The position numbers were made by a program, and so were the translations under genes. A stretch of 64,000 nt of DNA, from positions 1,952,001-2,016,000 of the forward strand of contig OZ250173.1 of NCBI GenBank assembly GCA_965238075.1, read 5' to 3'. Source of the DNA: Candidatus Entotheonellaceae bacterium. Its GTDB lineage: Bacteria > Tectomicrobia > Entotheonellia > Entotheonellales > Entotheonellaceae. The notes beneath the pieces are model-generated. The model saw only the letters and a list, made by a program, of their open reading frames with translations. It was not told the DNA's origin and did no database searches. Below, one piece after another: positions 9,843 through 19,073 of this stretch (position 1 is the stretch's first letter; the number at the start of each line of letters is the position of its first letter).

Positions 9843-10901
9843 GTGCCAACATTCGCTGCGCCGGACCTGCAACGTCTGACCGAAGAAGTCTTTCACGCCG
9901 TCGGATTTCCGCGCGAGGAGGCCGCGACGATCGCCGACATCATGGTACAGGCCAATCTGGCGGGGCACGATTCACACGGCGTCATTCACATCCCGGGCTA
10001 CGTCGGGCGCATTCGCAGCGGCGATGTGCGGCCGGGAGCGGCGGTGGAAACCGTGCACGAGACGTCGACGACGGCCGTGCTGGACGGCCATTTCACCATG
10101 GGGCACGTGGCGGCTAGCAAGGCGATGCAGTTGGCCATCAACAAGGCGCGGGAGCACGCCATCGCGGCCGTCGGGGTGCACAACCTCAACCACATTGGCC
10201 GCCTCGGCGCCTACCCGTTGATGGCCGCCGAGGCCGGCATGGGCGCCATCGTCACGGCGTCCGCCGGTGGCGCCGGCAAGCTGGTCACGCCGTTCCTGGG
10301 CATGCAGCCCCGGCTGGCCACCAACCCTATCGCCATGGCCTTCCCCAACCCGGCTGGCGCGCCGCTGCTGCTCGACATGGCCACGTCGGCTGCGGCGGCC
10401 GGCAAAATTCGCCTGATGCTGAACCGCGGGCACGAGACCGGCACGGGCTGGATCATCAACAAAGACGGCCAGCCGACCCGCGATCCGGCGGACTTCTACG
10501 CCGGCGGCATGGCGCTGCCCCTGGGCGGCGACCAGGGCCACAAGGGCTACGGCCTGGCGGTCATGGTGGAAGTGCTCTCCGGCATCCTGGCGCGCACCGG
10601 AACCGCGGCCAAGGACCGGCAGGACCTCAACAACGGCACCTTCATGATCGTCATCGATATCGCCGCCTTTCTGCCCCTGGAGCAGTTTCACGCCGAAATG
10701 GCCGAGTTGGTCGATTATCTGCACGACACGCTGCCGGCGCCCGGACAGGAGGGCGTTCTGGTGCCGGGCGAATACGAAGCGCGCAACGAGGCCGCCCGCC
10801 GCCGCGACGGCATCCCCGTCGAGGACGAGACGTGGCGTCAGATTTGCGACAGCGTGGAAGAGCTTGGAATCGCCTCTGCCCTGCCCACCGCGCTTGCCTG
10901 A
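9843..10901 (+). CDS. Ldh_2 family (malate/L-lactate/ureidoglycolate) oxidoreductase
   Basis: GHDSHGV, HIGRLG, TNPIA, LDMATS and GHKGYGL motifs. Confidence 0.9.
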   Translation: MPTFAAPDLQRLTEEVFHAVGFPREEAATIADIMVQANLAGHDSHGVIHIPGYVGRIRSGDVRPGAAVETVHETSTTAVLDGHFTMGHVAASKAMQLAINKAREHAIAAVGVHNLNHIGRLGAYPLMAAEAGMGAIVTASAGGAGKLVTPFLGMQPRLATNPIAMAFPNPAGAPLLLDMATSAAAAGKIRLMLNRGHETGTGWIINKDGQPTRDPADFYAGGMALPLGGDQGHKGYGLAVMVEVLSGILARTGTAAKDRQDLNNGTFMIVIDIAAFLPLEQFHAEMAELVDYLHDTLPAPGQEGVLVPGEYEARNEAARRRDGIPVEDETWRQICDSVEELGIASALPTALA

Positions 10902-11026
10902 CGGCGCACCGCCGTTTTTGCGTTGCGGTGCGTTCGTATGCGAGAATACGCGGCACGCAGCGCGCCTTGTCTGGACGTTACGGGATGGGCGCGTGATCCG
11001 GTTTCAGCAAGTAATGGGAGGTGATT

Positions 11027-11779
11027 ATGTCCGGTCATTCAAAATGGTCGAGTATCAAGCACAAAAAGGCCATGGTGGATGCACGCCGTGGCAAGATGTT
11101 CACCAAACTGATCCGCGAGCTGGTGTCAGCCGCCCGCGCCGCAGGGGGCGATCCGAACACCAACCCGCGGCTGCGTACCGCGGTGGCCTCGGCCAAGGGC
11201 GCCAACATGCCGGCCGATACCATTCAGCGCGCCATCCAGAAGGGCACCGGCGACACCGCGGGCGAGACGTACGAGGAAGTGACCTATGAGGGCTACGGCG
11301 CCGGCGGCGTGGCGGTTTTGGTCGACACGCTGACCGACAACAAGAACCGCACGGTCGCCGAAATTCGCCACCTGTTCGCCAAGCACGGCGGCGGCATGGG
11401 CGAGAACGGCTGCGTCGCGTGGATGTTCCAGCGGCAGGGTTTTTTGACGCTCGACGCCGGCAGCATTGACGAAGACGCCCTCCTTGAGATCGTCCTGGAG
11501 GCCGGCGGAGACGACGTCAGAACGGAAAACGACCTGTACGAAATCCTGACCGCACCGGAGGTCTTCGAGGATGTGCGCAGCTCGCTTGAGGCGCAGGGCC
11601 TGACGCCCGAGGTGGCGGAGGTCACCATGCTGCCGCAGTCGACCGTGACGATCGAGGGCAAGCAGGCCGAGCAGGTCATCCGCCTGATGGAGGCGCTGGA
11701 CGACCAGGACGACGTGCGGCGCGCCTACGCCAACTTCGACATTCCCGACGAGGTCATGGCCGCGTTGGCGGCCTCGTAA
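11027..11779 (+). CDS. yebC: YebC/PmpR family protein
   Basis: MSGHSKWSSIKHKK, YEGYG and TDNKNRT motifs; lies upstream of ruvC. Confidence 0.95.
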   Translation: MSGHSKWSSIKHKKAMVDARRGKMFTKLIRELVSAARAAGGDPNTNPRLRTAVASAKGANMPADTIQRAIQKGTGDTAGETYEEVTYEGYGAGGVAVLVDTLTDNKNRTVAEIRHLFAKHGGGMGENGCVAWMFQRQGFLTLDAGSIDEDALLEIVLEAGGDDVRTENDLYEILTAPEVFEDVRSSLEAQGLTPEVAEVTMLPQSTVTIEGKQAEQVIRLMEALDDQDDVRRAYANFDIPDEVMAALAAS

Positions 11780-11818
11780 CCCACGCCTCACGAATGGGCC
11801 GCAGCGACGGGGGACAGC

Positions 11819-12310
11819 GTGCGTGTGGTAGGCATTGACCCAGGATCGTTGGTTACCGGCTTCGGCGTCGTCGAGCACGACGCCACTGGCATGCGGGCGC
11901 TTACCTGGGGTGCTGTGCGCACACCGGCCCGGCGGCCGCTGGAAGTGCGGCTCAAACATATTTACGAGGGGTTGTCGGAGGTCATCCAGGTTTGGCAGCC
12001 CGAGGCCGCCGTGGTGGAAAAGGTCTTCTTCGCCAAGAACGCCAAGGCCGCCCTGACGCTGGGCCAGGCGCGCGGCGTGGCCCTGCTGACCGTTGCCAAT
12101 GCCGCGGTGCCGCTGGTGGAGTATTCGGCCCTGGAGATCAAGCAGGCCGTCGTTGGCTACGGCCGTGCGGCCAAGGAACAAGTCCAGCACATGGTTCGTG
12201 TGCTTCTGAACCTCCCGACCGTCCCCCGACCCGCTGACGCGGCCGACGCCCTGGCCGCTGCCATTTGCTACCTGCACAGCCACGAATGGCAGAGAAAACT
12301 GGCGCCATGA
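11819..12310 (+). CDS. ruvC: Holliday junction resolvase RuvC
   Basis: GIDPG, LGQARG, GYGRAAKEQV and DAADALA motifs. Confidence 0.95.
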   Translation: MRVVGIDPGSLVTGFGVVEHDATGMRALTWGAVRTPARRPLEVRLKHIYEGLSEVIQVWQPEAAVVEKVFFAKNAKAALTLGQARGVALLTVANAAVPLVEYSALEIKQAVVGYGRAAKEQVQHMVRVLLNLPTVPRPADAADALAAAICYLHSHEWQRKLAP

Positions 12311-12912
12311 TCGTGCTTCTGCAAGGCCTCCTGATGGACAAAACGGTTGAGCACGCGGTGATCGACGTGCATGGCGTCGGCTATCAGGCGGATATTCCCT
12401 TGTCCACCTACTACGTGCTGCCGGGTGTGGGTGAGAGCGTTACGCTGCGCACCACCATGTACGTGCGCGAAGACGCCATGCGGCTGTACGGCTTTGCCAC
12501 CGAGGCAGAGCGCAGCCTCTTCGAGATACTCATCACGGTGTCGTCGATCGGCCCGCGCCTGGCGCTCAATATGCTGTCCAGCATTCCCGCGGGCGACCTG
12601 CAGGCGTGCATCGCCCAGGCGGAGGTGTCCAGGCTGCAAACCATTCCCGGCATCGGCCGCAAAACCGCTGAACGCGTCGTCCTCGAATTGCAGGAAAAGA
12701 TCGTCAAGCTCGACATGGCGCCGTCCGGGCTGCCGCGCGGGTCGGTCCCGGCGGATGAGCAAGTGGTGGGCGACGTGGTGTCGGCTTTGCTCAATCTGGG
12801 ATACAAGCGCAACGAGGCGCAGCGTGCCGTGCAGGCCGTGCGCAGGGAGCGGGATGGGCGGCCGGTGCTGGAAACCCTCCTGAAGGATACGCTGCAACGG
12901 CTGGCAACTTAG
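12307..12912 (+). CDS. ruvA: Holliday junction branch migration protein RuvA
   Basis: GVGY, VREDAMRLYGF, PGIGRKTAER and ALLNLGY motifs. Confidence 0.95.
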   Translation: MIVLLQGLLMDKTVEHAVIDVHGVGYQADIPLSTYYVLPGVGESVTLRTTMYVREDAMRLYGFATEAERSLFEILITVSSIGPRLALNMLSSIPAGDLQACIAQAEVSRLQTIPGIGRKTAERVVLELQEKIVKLDMAPSGLPRGSVPADEQVVGDVVSALLNLGYKRNEAQRAVQAVRRERDGRPVLETLLKDTLQRLAT

Positions 12913-12926
12913 CTTAGGGGTGCAGG

Positions 12927-13946
12927 GTGATAGAGCGCATTGTGGATCGAACCCAGGATTCCGAGGAAAACCTCCTCGAAGTCAGTCTGCGTCCGATTGC
13001 GCTTGAGGACTACGTCGGGCAGGCGCAAAGCAAGGAAAATCTCCGCATTCTGATCGAGGCCGCCCGGCAGCGGGACGATGCGATTGACCATATTCTCTTC
13101 TGCGGGCCGCCCGGTCTCGGCAAGACCACCCTGGCGCACATCATCGCCAACGAGATGCAGGTCAACGTCAAGACCACCTCGGGGCCGATTCTGGAACGGC
13201 CCGGCGACCTGGCTGCTATCCTCACCAATCTGCAGCATGGCGACGTGTTTTTCATCGACGAGATGCACCGCTTGTCGCACGTCATCGAGGAAGTGCTGTA
13301 TCCCGCCATGGAAGACTTTCAGCTCGACATCATCATCGGGCAGGGACCAAGCGCCCGGACGATCAAGCTGAGCCTGCCGCGCTTCACCCTCGTCGGCGCC
13401 ACCACGCGGGCGGGGCTGTTGACCTCGCCGTTGCGCGACCGGTTCGGCGTGGTGATGCGGCTGGATTTTTATACGCAGGAGGAGTTGCAGGTAATTCTGC
13501 GCCGCTCCGCCGACCTGTTGCGGGTGGGCATCGACCAGGAGGGCACCGTCGAGATCGCCCGCCGCTCGCGCGGCACGCCGCGGGTGGCGAACCGCTTGCT
13601 CAAGCGGGTGCGTGATTACGCGCAGGTGCGGGCGGATGGGTTCATTACCTGCGAGGTGGCTGCCCAGGCCCTGAAACTTCTCGACGTCGACGCTCTGGGA
13701 CTGGACAAAATGGACCGGCAGCTTCTGGAAGCGATTATCGACAAGTTTGGCGGTGGCCCGGTGGGTCTGGAAACGCTTTCCGCCGTCCTCAACGAGGAGA
13801 AGGACACCATCGAGGACGTGTATGAGCCGTTCCTGATTCAGGAGGGCTACCTCAAACGCACCCCGCGCGGGCGTACTGCGACCCCTCTGGCTTATCGTCA
13901 CTTGCGGCGCCAGCTCGCAACCGATGGTCAGACCCGCTTGCTGTAA
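12927..13946 (+). CDS. ruvB: Holliday junction helicase RuvB
   Basis: [23 protein letters not shown] and RTPRGR motifs. Confidence 0.97.
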   Translation: MIERIVDRTQDSEENLLEVSLRPIALEDYVGQAQSKENLRILIEAARQRDDAIDHILFCGPPGLGKTTLAHIIANEMQVNVKTTSGPILERPGDLAAILTNLQHGDVFFIDEMHRLSHVIEEVLYPAMEDFQLDIIIGQGPSARTIKLSLPRFTLVGATTRAGLLTSPLRDRFGVVMRLDFYTQEELQVILRRSADLLRVGIDQEGTVEIARRSRGTPRVANRLLKRVRDYAQVRADGFITCEVAAQALKLLDVDALGLDKMDRQLLEAIIDKFGGGPVGLETLSAVLNEEKDTIEDVYEPFLIQEGYLKRTPRGRTATPLAYRHLRRQLATDGQTRLL

Positions 13947-13956
13947 TACGCCTGCC

Positions 13957-14997
13957 ATGCACCTGCGCGACTTCGATTTCACCCTGCCAGCCGAATTGAT
14001 CGCCCAAGCGCCCGCCGCCAAGCGGGACGGCTCGCGCCTGATGGTCGTCGACCGGCAGCAGCGCAGTATCCGGCACGACGGTTTTGCCAACGTCGGCAAC
14101 TACCTGAGCGCCGGGGACGTGCTGGTGGTGAATGACACCAAGGTGATTCCGGCGCGCTTGCGAGGCCGTAAGGTCGGCACCGGCGGCAGTGTAGAGGTAC
14201 TGCTGCTTCACGAGGTCAGCCCCGGGGCATGGGAAGTGCTGCTGAAGCCCGCCGCCAAGGCGCCGACCGGCACGGCGGTGGAATTCGGCGATGGGACGTT
14301 GCGGGGACGTGTTGGGGAGCGGACGGAGAATGGGGCGGCTATCCTGCACTTTACGCCGCCCGACGTGTTGCCGGTGCTTGCCGAGTTCGGGGAAGTGCCG
14401 CTGCCGCCCTATATCAAACGGCAGCAGCCGACGGAGAGCCGGGAATTCGATCTGGAACGCTACCAGACGGTGTATGCCTGCCATCCCGGCGCGGTGGCGG
14501 CGCCGACCGCCGGCCTGCATTTCACGCCGGAGTTGCTGGCCGATCTGGAGCGGCAGGGGGTCCAGCGGGCGACGCTCACGCTTCACGTGGGGTGGGGGAC
14601 GTTCCAGCCGCTGCGCAGCGACGCCATTGAACAGCATCGCATGGGCGCGGAACGCTACCAACTGGCGGCGTCCGAGGCCGAACGCATTGAGCGTGCCCGC
14701 GAATTGGGTCACCGGGTGGTGGCGGTGGGAACCACGACGACACGGACGCTGGAAACTATTGGACAAGAAATAGGGGGGGTACACGCCGCTAGCGGATGGT
14801 CGGAACTCTTTATCAAGCCCGGGCATCGTTTTCGCGTCATCGATGCCCTGATCACCAATTTTCACCTGCCGCGCTCAACGCTCTTTATGCTGGTGTGTGC
14901 GTTTGCCGGCCGCAATCTCATGCTCGAAGCCTACCAGAAAGCCATTGCCAACCAATATCGCTTCTACAGCTACGGCGATGCCATGCTCGTCATTTGA
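13957..14997 (+). CDS. queA: tRNA preQ1 SAM ribosyltransferase-isomerase QueA
   Basis: NDTKVIPARL, PLPPYI, AAPTAGLHF, TNFHLPRSTL and YSYGDAML motifs. Confidence 0.97.
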   Translation: MHLRDFDFTLPAELIAQAPAAKRDGSRLMVVDRQQRSIRHDGFANVGNYLSAGDVLVVNDTKVIPARLRGRKVGTGGSVEVLLLHEVSPGAWEVLLKPAAKAPTGTAVEFGDGTLRGRVGERTENGAAILHFTPPDVLPVLAEFGEVPLPPYIKRQQPTESREFDLERYQTVYACHPGAVAAPTAGLHFTPELLADLERQGVQRATLTLHVGWGTFQPLRSDAIEQHRMGAERYQLAASEAERIERARELGHRVVAVGTTTTRTLETIGQEIGGVHAASGWSELFIKPGHRFRVIDALITNFHLPRSTLFMLVCAFAGRNLMLEAYQKAIANQYRFYSYGDAMLVI

Positions 14998-15012
14998 GCC
15001 TGCCCGACTTTG

Positions 15013-15294
15013 TTAGTCGTCGCCGTTGACGACGTCCTTGAAAAACTTGCCTGACTTGAACCGCACCACCCGCCGGGCCGGTATTTCGGCTTCCTTACCC
15101 GTTTTGGGATTCCGCCCGAGACGCGCGTGCTTTTCGCGCACCTGAAAGGTGCCGAAACGCCGCAGAACGACCGACTCACCCCGACACAGGCTCTCCTTCA
15201 ACTCGTCGAGGATCGCGTCCACGGCCTCTTCGGCTTTTACCTTTGTAATGTCGGTTTCATCGGCGATACGATTGACAATTTCGACTTTCCTCAT
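15013..15294 (-). CDS. HU/IHF family DNA-binding protein
   Basis: FGTF...GRNPKTG...VVRFK motif. Confidence 0.92.
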   Translation of the reverse strand: MRKVEIVNRIADETDITKVKAEEAVDAILDELKESLCRGESVVLRRFGTFQVREKHARLGRNPKTGKEAEIPARRVVRFKSGKFFKDVVNGDD

Positions 15295-15439
15295 AGGCTG
15301 GCGCTCCCGGATTCGGGTGTGAGGGGCGGTGAGACAACGCGCGGTTCTGCTGTCTGCGGGCAGGTGGAAGTCGTTGAATATCAGATTCTGCCGCCTGAAT
15401 CAAGAACGCCGGAACCGTTTGGCCAGGTACTGATCGTGC

Positions 15440-16630
15440 TCAGGGCCTGGGCGGCGCCTGCCCCAGCCGCTGCACCGGCGTTGCCACGGACAGGGTGAGC
15501 GCCCGCCAGAGCCGCGCCACGGCGCGGGCGATGCGGGTAAACAGCGAGGTGCGCTGCGTCACGCTGGCCGTTTCGCCGCTCAGGGAGGCAAACTCGCGCA
15601 GGAGCTCCTCTTGGCGCTCGGTGAGACGGGTGGGGGTGCGCACCACGACGTGCGCGATCTGATCGCCGCGTCCGCCACCGCGCACGTGCGGCACGCCGCA
15701 GCCGCGCAGGGTCAGGGTGCCGCGGGTCTGGGTGCCGCGTGGGATGGTGAGGGTCTTGGGCCCAAACAGCGACGGGACTTCCACGTCCGCGCCCAGGGCG
15801 GCTTGGGAGAACGAGATCGTCACCTCGCAATGTACGTTGACACCATCACGCTCGAAGATGTCGTGCGGCGCCACGTGCACCACCACGTACAGGTCGCCCG
15901 GCGGCCCGCCGTTGGTGCCCTCCTCGCCCTCGCCGGTGAGACGCAGGCGGGAGTTTTCGTCCATGCCGGGCGGAATCTTCACCGACAGCTTCTTGGGCGT
16001 TTGCACCAGCCCCAGCCCCCGGCACTCGGGGCACGGGTCGGTAATCACCACGCCTTGGCCGCGGCAGTGCGGACACGTGGTGCGCATGGCGAAAAAGCCC
16101 TGCCGCCGTTCCACCTGTCCCATGCCGCCGCAGGTTCCGCACGTGGTGGGCTGCGTGCCCGGTGCGGTGCGCTTGCCCAGGCACTGGATGCAGGTCTCGG
16201 TCTTGTCGAATTCCAGCATCTTCTCGGTACCGGAAACGACTTCTTCCAGGGTGGTCTGAACGTCGTAGCGCAGGTCCGCGCCGGCGCGGGCCGCCGGGCG
16301 TCCGCCTCGGCGTCCGCTGCCGCCAAAGCCGAACAGTTCTTCGAAAATGCTGCCGAAGCTGGAGAAGACGTCCTCGGCGCCGCCAAAGCCCTGAAAGCCC
16401 GCGCCCTGCAGGCCGTCGTGACCGTAGCGGTCATACAGGCTGCGCTTTTCGGGGTCGTTCAGCACGTCGTAGGCTTCCGCCGCTTCTTTGAATTTCTCCT
16501 CAGCCTTGGGGTCGTCCGGGTTGCGGTCCGGGTGGTATTTCAAAGCCAGTCTGCGATAGTTTTTTTTCAATTCATCCTCGCTCGCATCGCGCGACACGTC
16601 GAGGATTTCGTAATAATCCCGTTTGACCAT
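15440..16630 (-). CDS. dnaJ: Chaperone DnaJ (class A, Zn finger)
   Basis: J-domain HPD, G/F region, four CxxCxGxG repeats. Confidence 0.95.
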   Translation of the reverse strand: MVKRDYYEILDVSRDASEDELKKNYRRLALKYHPDRNPDDPKAEEKFKEAAEAYDVLNDPEKRSLYDRYGHDGLQGAGFQGFGGAEDVFSSFGSIFEELFGFGGSGRRGGRPAARAGADLRYDVQTTLEEVVSGTEKMLEFDKTETCIQCLGKRTAPGTQPTTCGTCGGMGQVERRQGFFAMRTTCPHCRGQGVVITDPCPECRGLGLVQTPKKLSVKIPPGMDENSRLRLTGEGEEGTNGGPPGDLYVVVHVAPHDIFERDGVNVHCEVTISFSQAALGADVEVPSLFGPKTLTIPRGTQTRGTLTLRGCGVPHVRGGGRGDQIAHVVVRTPTRLTERQEELLREFASLSGETASVTQRTSLFTRIARAVARLWRALTLSVATPVQRLGQAPPRP

Positions 16631-16641
16631 GGCGTTGTACC

Positions 16642-16959
16642 TTATGTCGAAGCCGGATTGCGTGAGTTGCCCGGCGCCTCGCGCATGGCCAGCAGGGCGC
16701 GCGTTTCTTCCTGCGCGGCGCGGAGCTTGCGCAGCAGGTCCATGATGATCGTCACGCCCGCCAGATTGACCCCCATCTCGCGCGTCAGGTTCAGAATCGT
16801 ACTGAGGTGGTCAATGTCCCGGCGCGTGTAAAGCCGCGTGTTGCCCGCCGAGCGTTCTGGGTGCAGCAGCCCTTCGCGTTCGTACAGGCGCAGGGTCTGC
16901 GGGTGCACGTTGAACATGTTGGCGACGGCGCTGATGGTGAAGTATTCCTTGCCGGGCAT
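16642..16959 (-). CDS. hspR: MerR-family heat-shock repressor HspR-like
   Basis: [23 protein letters not shown]...RLY...[12 protein letters not shown]; located between two dnaJ genes. Confidence 0.85.
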   Translation of the reverse strand: MPGKEYFTISAVANMFNVHPQTLRLYEREGLLHPERSAGNTRLYTRRDIDHLSTILNLTREMGVNLAGVTIIMDLLRKLRAAQEETRALLAMREAPGNSRNPAST

Positions 16960-16962
16960 GGC

Positions 16963-17868
16963 CTACCACCTCTTGGCGCGCGGTTGCATGGGATTGTGGG
17001 CGCTGAACTCTTCCAATAGCTCCCGCGAGCGGTCGTCCAGCGTCTCCGGCAGCACGACGTGCACGCGCACATACTGGTTGCCGCGCTCATTGCCTTGCCG
17101 GTTCGGCGCCCCTTTGCCGCGCAAGCGGAAGCGACGGCCATTCTGCGTGCCGGGCGGCAGCGTCATGGAAGTGGGGCCGTCGATGGTGGGCACCTCGATT
17201 TTGGCGCCCAGGATGGCCTCGGCGAGCGTCACCGGCACCTCGCACTCGATGTCATTGCCGCGGCGCTCGAAGTAGGCGTGCGGCTTGACCCGTATGACGA
17301 CGTATAGATCGCCCGGCGGCGCGCCCGCGGTTCCGGCGCCGCCTTTGCCAGCGATGCGTATCTTGGAGCCGGTGTCGACGCCCGGCGGGATTTTGACCTG
17401 CCGCCGCTCGACGCTGCCATCCCGGTGGGTCAGCTTGATGCGGGTCGTGGTACCGCGCAGGGCGTCCTCGAAGGGGATTTCCAGGGTCTGCTCAACGTCC
17501 TGCCCGCGCTGAGGCATCGGCCCGGCACGTCCCCCGCCGCCAGCGAACAAGTCGTCAAAAATGGCGCCGAACCCCTCGGCGAAGCCCCCGCCTGAGCCAA
17601 AGATGTCGCGGATGTTGCCGGTATGAAAGCCGCCGCCGCCCATGTCAAACGCTTGGTGCCCGAAACGGTCGTATTTCGTGCGGCTCTCGGCGTTGCCCAA
17701 CACCTCGTAAGCCTCGGATATCTCCTTGAATTTCTGCTCGGCAGCAGCGTCTCCCGGGTTGACGTCCGGGTGATATTGGCGAGCCAGACGGCGGTAGGCC
17801 TGCTTGATCTCTTTTTCGGAGGCGTCCCGTTTGACATTGAGGGTCTGGTAGTAGTCCTGCTTGGCCAT
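16963..17868 (-). CDS. Class B DnaJ / CbpA-like co-chaperone (no Zn finger)
   Basis: MAKQDYY, HPD, G/F region and DnaJ_C domain; no CxxC repeats. Confidence 0.9.
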   Translation of the reverse strand: MAKQDYYQTLNVKRDASEKEIKQAYRRLARQYHPDVNPGDAAAEQKFKEISEAYEVLGNAESRTKYDRFGHQAFDMGGGGFHTGNIRDIFGSGGGFAEGFGAIFDDLFAGGGGRAGPMPQRGQDVEQTLEIPFEDALRGTTTRIKLTHRDGSVERRQVKIPPGVDTGSKIRIAGKGGAGTAGAPPGDLYVVIRVKPHAYFERRGNDIECEVPVTLAEAILGAKIEVPTIDGPTSMTLPPGTQNGRRFRLRGKGAPNRQGNERGNQYVRVHVVLPETLDDRSRELLEEFSAHNPMQPRAKRW

Positions 17869-17941
17869 GGGCCACGTTCCTTCCAGGCTTGGCGCGGGTG
17901 ATGAGGATGAGGGGTGGAAGCTAAGAGCTGAGCGGAGAGTG

Positions 17942-17971
17942 ACTATAATATGTGAGTCTAAACATGTCAAC
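17942..17971 (-). promoter_or_regulatory. Sigma70 promoter with overlapping HAIR-like operator for dnaJ2-hspR-dnaJ
   Basis: Minus strand TTGACA-17 nt-TATAGT; GTTGACA-N7-ACTCACA resembles HAIR (CTTGAGT-N7-ACTCAAG). Confidence 0.6.
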
Positions 17972-18003
17972 CTTGCAATGCTTCGCGCAGCAAGGCCGGG
18001 TGG

Positions 18004-18897
18004 TCAGTTTGCCAGGGGCGATACTGTCAGGCGGGACGGCTTTTCGATTTCCATGAAGATGGCGCCGCCTTTGAAGATGCGCACGTCGCCGGTGGATTCG
18101 GAGATGACGATGGCGACGGCCTCGGTGACGGAGGTGATGCCGGCGGCGGCGACGTGGCGGGAACCCAAGCCCTGGGGCAGATCGACGGTGGATTCCAGGG
18201 CGGCGTTGAGGTGGCGGCCGGCGGAGGTCACCTCGCCGTCTTCGCGGATGACGAAGGCGCCGTCGAGGGCGGAGAACTCCTTCAGGGTTTCACGCAGTTG
18301 CGGGTTGAGTACGTTGCGCTCCTCGGCGGGATAGCCCTGGAACGGGTTGAAGATGGTTTGACGCGAGAACTGCATCACCTTGTCGTGGTCGCCCACCACG
18401 AAGGTGGCGCCCACCGGCTTGCCCTCACGCCCCTGGCTGGCCAGTTCCACCGCGAGATTCAACAGCGCCTCGAAAACCGCGGAGGGGATGTGACCCGCGA
18501 TGTCCGACACGTTCGTGGAGATGAGCAACTCCCGTTCCTTGCCGATGTCGAGCACGACGATGCAGTCGAGGAAGCCGAAAAGCGACGATCCGGTCAGGCA
18601 GACGATCTTGTCGCCTTCGGTGACGTGGCCCTCGGACAGCGCCATGACCACGGCGAGCTTGATCTGTCCCATGCGGGTGAGTGGAAAGGGCGGCAGGCGC
18701 AGGGTGGCGGAGACCTCCGCGCTGGGCTCGGTGCGGCTTGCCGAGTGGGTGATCAGGATGATGTCGGTGGCGTCCAGCATGCCGCTGGGGATAGGGTAGT
18801 CCTGAATGGCGTCCGCGTAGACAAACAGGGCTTTGGCGCCGATTTCGTTGGCGATGACGCAGGCTGATTCGACGATAACGTTATTGAGGGAACGCAT
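18004..18897 (-). CDS. Diadenylate cyclase, DacZ-like (N-terminal extension + DisA_N/DAC domain)
   Basis: GREGKPVG, LDGAF (DGA), GLGSRHVAAA (RH motif) and ISESTG. Confidence 0.85.
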   Translation of the reverse strand: MRSLNNVIVESACVIANEIGAKALFVYADAIQDYPIPSGMLDATDIILITHSASRTEPSAEVSATLRLPPFPLTRMGQIKLAVVMALSEGHVTEGDKIVCLTGSSLFGFLDCIVVLDIGKERELLISTNVSDIAGHIPSAVFEALLNLAVELASQGREGKPVGATFVVGDHDKVMQFSRQTIFNPFQGYPAEERNVLNPQLRETLKEFSALDGAFVIREDGEVTSAGRHLNAALESTVDLPQGLGSRHVAAAGITSVTEAVAIVISESTGDVRIFKGGAIFMEIEKPSRLTVSPLAN

Positions 18898-19073
18898 ATC
18901 CGCCTCACAGGACAACAAGCCGATGCTTGGGACGACATACATTTTTGTTGGGACAGTGTAGCCAAATCGGCGACTGCCTGTCAAAAGACGATTGCCCCGC
19001 CTGTGCTATAGTGCTAACGCTTGTTTCAACGGGGTGTCATCAAACAATCCACCATGTCGCAGAGAAACCGCCT

